From Verrucomicrobiia bacterium (GTDB lineage Bacteria; Verrucomicrobiota; Verrucomicrobiia; Palsa-1439), in the NCBI GenBank assembly GCA_050015495.1, contig JBEKBH010000015.1, positions 16,942 to 80,941 on the forward strand: DNA of 64,000 bases, read 5' to 3'. Below the pieces are notes generated by a model. That model was given only the letters and a program-made list of their open reading frames with translations. It had not been told where the DNA came from and did no database searches. The translations under genes and the position numbers were made by a program. Below are positions 57,329 to 64,000 of this stretch, piece by piece (the first letter of the stretch is position 1; every line of letters starts with the position of its first letter).

Positions 57329-58506
57329 GCCGCTTTCCTCCGGGCGTCGAGCCAGGGATTGAGGTAGAAGACGATGAACAATCCGGCGATCATGAACGCG
57401 AACCCGGAGTAGACGACCGCGACGCCGGGATCTTTCACCACTTGCAGCGACGTGTAGGACAAATCCTCGGGATTGTAGCCGGACTGGTAGAACGTGTAGC
57501 CCTTGTAGGAGAACGGGCTGTTGACCTCGACAACCCGCCGGCCGACGACCGACCCGCCGTCGATCAATTCCAGCGTGCTTTTGAACGATTTGATCGGTCC
57601 CGTGGGCATTGTCTTTGGCGCGGTCGCGCCGCGACTCTCGTACACCATTTGCAACGGGCTGGGACCGGAGGACTGGCTGTCCTTCGTGTGCATGTCGAAG
57701 TCCGGGAACCTGGCAAACAACCAGCGATGGTTCTGATAAGTCGGACCGTTGACCGCCACGAGGACCGCGGGGTTGCGGGGTTCGTTGGACCGGCTGGTGA
57801 CCTCGCGCGTCTGCATATCGACGACGAAATCGGGCAAATACTTCAGGATGGTGATCTTGAATTCGCCGAACGCCTGTTCGACGCCCACTGTGACCGGCAA
57901 CGCGGCCTTGAGATTTTTCTCCGGCCACGAAACCAGCACTTTGTCCCCGCCGTTGTCATTTCCCGCTGGCGCGTTGCGTCCAGCGACGGCGCCCGGTTGG
58001 TCGTAGGTCTCGATTTCAAATTTCGTCAGGTGAATCGCAAACGGCAGTGGCTTGATACTATTTTCCGTTACGACCTGCGCGTTCGTCTCGCCTTCGCGAA
58101 GTTCGATGTAGCCCTTTTCGCCCCAGACGCCCCGGATCACGCCGCCCGTCAGTATGAGGAGTATGCTGATATGCGTGAGCATCGAGCCGAAGGCGCGGTA
58201 TCGCGCGTAGCCGCTGGTGCGCCGCACGGTGGCAAACCGCCGCGTACTGCATACCGCCACACTCGCGGCAAGCGTCCCGAGCAAGCCGATAAACCAAACG
58301 GAATAGAAGACGTGGGTCAGGCCCAGTTTGCCGAACAAGTCCATGCGGCCCGCCCCGTCCGGATAGTGGCGAAGATATTTCGCCACGTCGGCTCCCTGTG
58401 GAATCAGCGTGCCGGCGATGCAGGCGACCGCGATGACGATCACCACGGTCACCGCGAATTTTACTGAAGCCAATCGATCAACGACCCGTGCGGTAAAAGG
58501 CTTCAT
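57325..58506 (-). CDS. Cytochrome c biogenesis protein ResB/Ccs1 (start uncertain)
   Basis: GTLIPQ, FYSVWF, THISILLILTGG, VNSPFSYKGYTFYQSGY and DPG motifs. Confidence 0.92.
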   Translation of the reverse strand: MKPFTARVVDRLASVKFAVTVVIVIAVACIAGTLIPQGADVAKYLRHYPDGAGRMDLFGKLGLTHVFYSVWFIGLLGTLAASVAVCSTRRFATVRRTSGYARYRAFGSMLTHISILLILTGGVIRGVWGEKGYIELREGETNAQVVTENSIKPLPFAIHLTKFEIETYDQPGAVAGRNAPAGNDNGGDKVLVSWPEKNLKAALPVTVGVEQAFGEFKITILKYLPDFVVDMQTREVTSRSNEPRNPAVLVAVNGPTYQNHRWLFARFPDFDMHTKDSQSSGPSPLQMVYESRGATAPKTMPTGPIKSFKSTLELIDGGSVVGRRVVEVNSPFSYKGYTFYQSGYNPEDLSYTSLQVVKDPGVAVVYSGFAFMIAGLFIVFYLNPWLDARRKAA

Positions 58507-58569
58507 CGGTGCATTCAACTTGTCTTTGGCTCTGACCATCGCGACACTTTTGGTACGGCCTGTCGGTTA

Positions 58570-58584
58570 GCAGTGGCCTTGCCA
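58570..58584 (-). promoter_or_regulatory. Candidate sigma54 promoter of the resB operon
   Basis: TGGCAA-GGCCA-CTGC. Confidence 0.6.
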
Positions 58585-58642
58585 GTGAGAGATGACGAAC
58601 GATCCGATAGTTTGCAACGAATTGATTGACAGGGTCTTGCAC

Positions 58643-58731
58643 TGCGCGAAATCACGCAGGTCATGAATTGGGCAAACCTGATGTCGAGCGACAGATTGGC
58701 GGGAAGCAACCGTTTCCTCGACAGCTTGTCA
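58643..58731. promoter_or_regulatory. One motif-1 site plus paired motif-2 sites
   Basis: tgcgcgaaatcacgca (58643), cgacagattggcg (58689), cgacagcttgtca (58719). Confidence 0.55.
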
Positions 58732-58804
58732 CCGTCACAGGAAACGAAAACGCCGCGCGAAGCTGTTGGCCTCACGCGGCGTCGGTGATTGAACCTGCAG
58801 TGAC

Positions 58805-59398
58805 CTAGTGCTTCACCTTGGGATCCGGATGCGCGATCTTCGCGAAGGCTTGCTCGTAATCGAAGCCGACCTTCTTACCGTCCTTGGTTGTGTAGAGATC
58901 CGGTTTCCAAGCCGGGTTCTGATCGTTGTGACACATCTCGCAGCTCTTTGACGCGGGATAAACCAATCCGGCGTCGATGGCTTTCGCATGGTCTTCCATC
59001 GTGCTCTTCGCCATGTATTTCTTCCCCGGGCCGTGGCACGATTCGCAGGTGACGCCATCTTCGGGTTTGATCTTTTCGGTGGCGACTGATTCGGTGAAGT
59101 TGTACGCGGTCGAGTGACATTTCAGGCATTTCCCGCTGGTCTGGGGATTGTCAACGCCGACTTTGGCGCCGACAGCCTTGGCCTCGGGCGTGCCAAGCAA
59201 TTCGAATGCTTTCGCGTGAGGGCTGGCCTGCCATTTGCCGTACGCGTTGCCGCTGTCATCGGACTTGTGGCAGATGCTGCACATTTTGGGGCCAATGTAG
59301 TTGGCCGGGTCGCGGTCGGCCGCGAACGAGCTGCGCGCGCTCACCAATGCTGCGGCGAACATGAATCCCGCCGCTAAAATGAATCGTTGTCTGATCAT
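58805..59398 (-). CDS. Periplasmic tetraheme cytochrome, c554 family
   Basis: YIG..CSICH, W..SPHAKAF, CLKCH, GVTCESCHGPG, CEMCH; signal peptide. Confidence 0.9.
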   Translation of the reverse strand: MIRQRFILAAGFMFAAALVSARSSFAADRDPANYIGPKMCSICHKSDDSGNAYGKWQASPHAKAFELLGTPEAKAVGAKVGVDNPQTSGKCLKCHSTAYNFTESVATEKIKPEDGVTCESCHGPGKKYMAKSTMEDHAKAIDAGLVYPASKSCEMCHNDQNPAWKPDLYTTKDGKKVGFDYEQAFAKIAHPDPKVKH

Positions 59399-59445
59399 CG
59401 TATCCCCCCTAGATTGTTGCACACTTGTTGCGCAGATACATGTTA

Positions 59446-59460
59446 ACAACTTACGTGCCA
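59446..59460 (-). promoter_or_regulatory. Candidate sigma54 promoter of the tetraheme gene
   Basis: TGGCAC-GTAAG-TTGT. Confidence 0.6.
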
Positions 59461-59548
59461 TTCATTGTGACCACAATCGCAACAATCTTCAACCAAGAAT
59501 GTTCGGTCACGCGCCGAACCGGGTCAGGGCTCGTGTCCCATCCATGGA

Positions 59549-59587
59549 TGCGCGATTTCGCGCCCCGCCGGTGCGCGATTTGGCGCA
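59549..59587. promoter_or_regulatory. Paired TGCG-N8-CGC(A/C) sites (enhancer motif 1)
   Basis: tgcgcgatttcgcgcc and tgcgcgatttggcgca, 23 bp apart. Confidence 0.6.
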
Positions 59588-59630
59588 GCGATCGTCGTTA
59601 GAAATCCTCCTGCCATTGCCCCACGCCACG

Positions 59631-60776
59631 TCAAGGCCGCGTCTGCGCCGGGAGTTCGTGTGGCGCGCCGTAAACGTCGAAGTGGTACTGACGACCGTGA
59701 AACGTGATGGTGCTCTCCGAGAGATGACCGACGACGCCAAACGCCACCGCCAACACCACGGCGACCACGCCAATCGTCACGGCGATGCGCCGCTTCTTCG
59801 GATGGCGCTCGGGGCTGCGGTCGAGGAACGGCCAGAGCAGCAGCAACACCTGGGGAATCAACGAGACAAACAACCCGAGCGTCTTCGGGAAGTATTTCAA
59901 CAACTGGTACGTCGGGAGAAAATACCATTCCGGCTTGATGCCTTCCGGTGTCGTGAATGGGTCGGCTTTCTCGCCGAGTTCGACGGGCCAAAGCACGACG
60001 AGCGTCACGAGGACGCCGATCAACGCGCAGAATACCACGCCCTCTTTGAGGACGTGGTTGGGGAAGAACGGGATGCCGTTCGATTGGTCGATGGGTTTTT
60101 CTTCGCCCACACGCTCCAGCGTGGCCAATCCCTGCGCCCGCATCAGAACCAGGTGCGTCGCCAGCAGCATCGTCAACACCCACGGCAGCACGACAACGTG
60201 CAACACGTAAAACCGCGCCAGCGTTTCACCGGTCACTCCTTCGCCGCCCCGCAACAGCGTCCGCAAGTACTGCCCGGCCACCGGAATCGCCCCGGTGATC
60301 TCGGTGCCGACGGTCGTGGCCCAGTAGGAGAGCTGGTTCCACGGCAGCAAGTAGCCGGTGAAGCCGAACGTCACCGTGCAGCCGATGATGAACACGCCGA
60401 GCACCCACGTCAGCTCCCGCGGCTTCTTGTACGCTCCCATGAAGAACGTGCGCATCATGTGCACCAGCACGCAGAGAATCATCAACGTGGCGCCCCAGGC
60501 GTGCAGTCCGCGGATCAGCCAGCCGAAGTGGGCCTTGGTCATGATGTAGCGCACGCTCTCGAACGCCGTGTTCGTGGTCGGCCGGTAATAAATCATCAGC
60601 AAAATGCCGGTGACCACCTGATTGAGGAACAGGAACAACGACAGACTGCCGAAAGTGTGCCAGAAACCGACGTGCCCGGGCAACGGCTTGTGCGCCTGTT
60701 TGTCCGCGAAATGCTCGATGTCGTCCACGTCGTAGCGCGCGGCCAACCAGGGACGAAGTTTGTGGTACAGGCTCAT
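59631..60776 (-). CDS. Cytochrome b of a Rieske/cyt b complex (unsplit)
   Basis: GWLIRGLHAWGA, HMMR, GYLLPWNQLSYWA and KPEWYF motifs. Confidence 0.95.
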   Translation of the reverse strand: MSLYHKLRPWLAARYDVDDIEHFADKQAHKPLPGHVGFWHTFGSLSLFLFLNQVVTGILLMIYYRPTTNTAFESVRYIMTKAHFGWLIRGLHAWGATLMILCVLVHMMRTFFMGAYKKPRELTWVLGVFIIGCTVTFGFTGYLLPWNQLSYWATTVGTEITGAIPVAGQYLRTLLRGGEGVTGETLARFYVLHVVVLPWVLTMLLATHLVLMRAQGLATLERVGEEKPIDQSNGIPFFPNHVLKEGVVFCALIGVLVTLVVLWPVELGEKADPFTTPEGIKPEWYFLPTYQLLKYFPKTLGLFVSLIPQVLLLLWPFLDRSPERHPKKRRIAVTIGVVAVVLAVAFGVVGHLSESTITFHGRQYHFDVYGAPHELPAQTRP

Positions 60777-61210
60777 GCCGATTTCACCAATACTTCGCCG
60801 TTCACCACGGCCACGTCATGTTCGGTCAACGGGCGCGGCGGCGGTCCGGAAACCACCCGCCCGCTGGTGTCGAATACGCCGGCGTGGCACGGGCACTCGA
60901 TCTGGTGCCGTTGGGCGTTCCATTGGACGATGCAACCCAGGTGCGTGCAAATCGCCGAGTAGGCCCGGAACCCCTGCGGCGTGCGAAAGACGACGACCGG
61001 CTGACCACCGATTGCCACCATCTTGTGGTCCCATTCCTTGAAATCGTCCACCTTGCCCGCGGACACGGTTTGCACGCTCGGCCCGCGTCGCTGCGCCGGC
61101 CAGACGTAGCTGAGCACGGGGGCGACAAAGGCGATTCCCCACGCGATCAGGCCGCCCGCGAGCAGCCAATCCAAAAACGTGCGACGCGATACTTTCTGGT
61201 CGCCGTTCAT
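60773..61210 (-). CDS. Rieske [2Fe-2S] protein
   Basis: SRRTFL Tat signal; CTHLGC and CPCHAGVF. Confidence 0.95.
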   Translation of the reverse strand: MNGDQKVSRRTFLDWLLAGGLIAWGIAFVAPVLSYVWPAQRRGPSVQTVSAGKVDDFKEWDHKMVAIGGQPVVVFRTPQGFRAYSAICTHLGCIVQWNAQRHQIECPCHAGVFDTSGRVVSGPPPRPLTEHDVAVVNGEVLVKSA

Positions 61211-62427
61211 CGTCCGCCCCGTTTCTCGATTTGCTGCCGCTTGAGCCAGAACAACACCCCCATCAACGCGAGGAAAATCCAGATCGGCGTCAACGCCAGC
61301 CGCTTCCAACGCTCCACCTGCTCCAGGCCCGCGATATTCGATTGCGTCAGCTTCACAATTTCCGCTGACTGCGCGGCAACGGGCTTCAATTGATCGAGTG
61401 CGAGCGTATGCTGCAACGCTTCCAACTGGGTGACCTGCGTATTCGCCTCCTGTAACAGCAGTTGCTCATCATCGGTCGCCAGGCCGCGCACGGTCGCTTC
61501 GTGCACGCGGGTTTCAGCGCGGTCATAATCCCTCCGGCTGTCGCGAATGAGCGTGGCGACGGCGTCGCGGACACCGAGTTCCTTCGGATCGTTGGCGTGG
61601 CACTGCACGCAGGATTTCGCAAACAACTCGACCGACGCCTTCTGGATCGCGTGATTGCCGTGGCAGCTCACACATTCACTGAACAAACCCGCCGCGGCTG
61701 CCTCGGCGTGGGGGCTTTTGGCAAACAGCTCGCGCTGGCGGACGTGACACTTCCCGCACACTTCGCCGACCTGCGCCGTTCCCGGCGGACTGGCTCCGTG
61801 ACTGCCGTGGCAGGTCACGCAGGTGGGCGCGCTCAAATCGCCCTTCTCGAACAGCATCGTCGCGTGGTAGCTCGTCTTGTACTGGGCGACGATGTCGCTG
61901 GGAAGTTTGTATTGATCCATCAGCGTCGCGTTGCCGTGGCAGTGGCCGCACGTTTCGGGAATGTTGGTTGGATAGACGCGGCTGCCCGGTGTCTTGGGAG
62001 AAAGGATGTCGTGAACGCCGTGGCAATCAATGCAGACGGCCACGTGTTGGTCGTTGTGCTCGAACAACTGTTCGCCGTGCTTGCTGGTCTTGTAGCGCGC
62101 GAACTGGTCCGTGGACAACCCGTAGGGGTTCATGCGTCGCACGTCGCTGTGGCAGGAGGCGCAGAGTTCCGCGATTCCCTGCTTGGTGTTCGGACTGCGA
62201 AAATTATCGGTGACGTGGGCGGTCTCGTCAGTGATTTTGGGATCGCCACCGTGACAATCCACGCAATTCAGTCCCGCCTGCGCATGCACGCTGGCGGAGA
62301 ATTGGTGCGTCTCGTTGGTGTGGCAGTTGAGACACGAGATGCCGGCCGCGCGGACAGCGCCGCTCGTCATCACCAGGCAACACCCGATGGCGATTACATG
62401 GGTCCGCCGTTGTGGCAGTCGCTGCAT
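61207..62427 (-). CDS. Nonaheme cytochrome c with C-terminal TM anchor (start uncertain)
   Basis: 9 CxxCH, helical stalk, TM; ATGA overlap with the Rieske gene. Confidence 0.88.
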   Translation of the reverse strand: MQRLPQRRTHVIAIGCCLVMTSGAVRAAGISCLNCHTNETHQFSASVHAQAGLNCVDCHGGDPKITDETAHVTDNFRSPNTKQGIAELCASCHSDVRRMNPYGLSTDQFARYKTSKHGEQLFEHNDQHVAVCIDCHGVHDILSPKTPGSRVYPTNIPETCGHCHGNATLMDQYKLPSDIVAQYKTSYHATMLFEKGDLSAPTCVTCHGSHGASPPGTAQVGEVCGKCHVRQRELFAKSPHAEAAAAGLFSECVSCHGNHAIQKASVELFAKSCVQCHANDPKELGVRDAVATLIRDSRRDYDRAETRVHEATVRGLATDDEQLLLQEANTQVTQLEALQHTLALDQLKPVAAQSAEIVKLTQSNIAGLEQVERWKRLALTPIWIFLALMGVLFWLKRQQIEKRGGR

Positions 62428-63908
62428 TTCATACCTTTCCAAGAATCACCGAGGTCGGGCGCGGGATGCTGGAATTCCAGTCCCTGGGCGCTCACGGTCG
62501 TCAACTCGGTGCCCCCGCCCTGGGCAATGATAGTGTGGCAACTGTTGCAGTTTGCCGAGATCTTTTTGCCGTCAGCGCTGACGTGTTGATCGTCGTGGCA
62601 GCGGAAACAGCCGGCCGATTTGAGATGACCGATGTTGTCCGGATACACTTTCCAACTCGATTTCATCTCCGGGAAGAAATTCTCGTCGTAAATTCGCTGG
62701 ACCTCCTGGATGGCGGAATCGACTCTGGCCCGCTCGTTGTCGTTCGTGTAGCCGGCCCGCAGCGCCGCGGCGATCTTTGTTTCCGCTTCCGCCGTGGTCG
62801 CATAATCGCCCGCGAGCGCCGCCACCGCGTTCTTCTTGATCGACGGCAACGATGGATCGATGCGGCCGAGCGCCAGTGACGTGTCCACCGCGTCGTCGGG
62901 CGCCCGGAAGACGTGCGTGGGTCGATTATGGCAATCGATGCAATCCATGCGGCGCGGCGCGGCCTTGGCCAGTTGATCGGGCGTCAGTTTTCCGTCCTTG
63001 GATTCGTACACGGTGACGTGGCCCTGGCGGTCCGTGATGCGCACCCACGGGATGACCTGTCGCGCTTCGTCCGTCGCGATGTACTCGACCTTGTTGGCGA
63101 CGTTCATGTGCCAGTGGATCCCGCCCACGGGGCCGTGCGTCGGGTCGCCGCCGCCAACTTTCAGCAGCATCTCGATCGTCCACGGGCTGTTCTTTTCGTC
63201 CGACATGAAATGCGTGCGCACTTTCTCGACGGCGCCATAAAATTTCTGGGGCCAATGGCACTGTTCGCACGTCTCCTGCGCCGGACGCAGGTTCTTAACG
63301 GGTGTCGGAATCGGACGCGGGTACTTGTGAAAGAGCGTGGCGTACACCTGATAGCTGCCCGAGAGCTTGGATTTCACAAACCACGTCGCCCCCGGCCCGA
63401 TGTGGCACTGGACACAGGCGACCCGCGCATGGGACGAATTGTGGTAGGCCGTGTACTCGGGCTTCATCACGGCGTGACAGGTCTGTCCGCAGAACTGGAC
63501 CGACTCGGTGAACTCGTACGTGCGATAACTGCCGAGCGCCGTAAACATCAGAAACACGAACGTGACGACCGCAACCGCGAGGAACGCATTGCGCTGGCGT
63601 GGCACGTTGAAATCAATGCGCGGGTGTCTCGGGATTTCCCCCGGAGCAAGCCGGCGGCGATGGCGTCGTTCCCGCAGCACGCCGAAAAGGACCAACAACA
63701 AGCCCGCCGAGAGGAACGACGGGGCGACGATGTACGTCAGGATCCCCATGTAGGGGCTGCTGAAACCGGCGTAGAAATCGATGCCGATCAGGCAGACGAC
63801 CGCGAAAAAACTGCATGAGGCAAGGATAATGCCGATCAAGCTGATCCAGTTTTGGATCAGCGATGGCATCTTCTCGGGCGCGTCAGCTCGTTGGCGAGAG
63901 TCGTCCAC
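62394..63908 (-). CDS. ImcH-like NapC/NirT family heptaheme cytochrome (alternative start 63869)
   Basis: Three N-terminal TM helices, FCGQTCH plus 6 CxxCH, 504 aa. Confidence 0.85.
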   Translation of the reverse strand: MDDSRQRADAPEKMPSLIQNWISLIGIILASCSFFAVVCLIGIDFYAGFSSPYMGILTYIVAPSFLSAGLLLVLFGVLRERRHRRRLAPGEIPRHPRIDFNVPRQRNAFLAVAVVTFVFLMFTALGSYRTYEFTESVQFCGQTCHAVMKPEYTAYHNSSHARVACVQCHIGPGATWFVKSKLSGSYQVYATLFHKYPRPIPTPVKNLRPAQETCEQCHWPQKFYGAVEKVRTHFMSDEKNSPWTIEMLLKVGGGDPTHGPVGGIHWHMNVANKVEYIATDEARQVIPWVRITDRQGHVTVYESKDGKLTPDQLAKAAPRRMDCIDCHNRPTHVFRAPDDAVDTSLALGRIDPSLPSIKKNAVAALAGDYATTAEAETKIAAALRAGYTNDNERARVDSAIQEVQRIYDENFFPEMKSSWKVYPDNIGHLKSAGCFRCHDDQHVSADGKKISANCNSCHTIIAQGGGTELTTVSAQGLEFQHPAPDLGDSWKGMKCSDCHNGGPM

Positions 63909-63929
63909 TTCGATAGCCGTGCAGTCCTA

Positions 63930-63944
63930 GCAGCGTTGGTGCCA
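63930..63944 (-). promoter_or_regulatory. Candidate sigma54 promoter of the imcH-like operon
   Basis: TGGCAC-CAACG-CTGC. Confidence 0.65.
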
Positions 63945-64000
63945 TGACATCAAGCTTGTTCGTCAACCGGTTCGCCGGCAACGGGTTCCCCGCGAACCTC

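Noticed and set aside
21595-57928. ORF-track N-terminal extensions (21595-22596, 38569-40104, 56243-57928, 52613-53662)
   Set aside because: They run through the tRNA or neighbouring genes; internal starts with RBS, stop/start overlaps or family-typical N-termini fit better.
58805-59398. c554 as evidence of ammonia or hydroxylamine oxidation
   Set aside because: No hao or amo genes; the c554 fold is widespread among electron carriers.
7710-62589. Long antisense or alternate-frame ORFs (e.g. 7710-9368, 16926-18506, 29541-31322, 41531-43084, 59301-60962)
   Set aside because: They shadow well-supported genes, as expected in high-GC DNA, and carry no recognisable motifs.

Overview
GC-rich bacterial chromosome, most likely Verrucomicrobiota/PVC (inferred from a PEP-CTERM protein, a GloVer-repeat protein ending in an FYR-type tail and a short HemA; not confirmed). 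1-22.6 kb holds two-component systems, housekeeping genes (tmk, holB, accB, accC, pfk, thiE, clpS) and tRNA-Gly(CCC). 22.6-25.9 kb is an island of very small ORFs separated by a repeated intergenic module. 26-39.8 kb holds a non-canonical CydAA'-type pair with two heme-c motifs, a persulfide module, a NACHT gene between 21-bp direct repeats, feoAB and three radical SAM genes (ahbC/ahbD-like plus one unknown). The main result is the 41.6-63.9 kb minus-strand locus, which looks like a self-contained extracellular electron transfer system: four distinct quinone-interface modules (ImcH-like, Rieske/cyt b, CbcL-like, HybAB/NrfD-like), a c554-type tetraheme, an MtrAB-like porin-cytochrome pair, an 898-aa nonaheme surface cytochrome, ResB/CcsA/HemA, and a heme-c sensor kinase with a sigma54 activator. 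It carries 57 heme-binding motifs by manual count. Six sigma54 promoter motifs between 39.8 and 63.9 kb and two enhancer-like motifs are visible in the DNA. All family assignments come from motif recognition by eye; no database searches were run.
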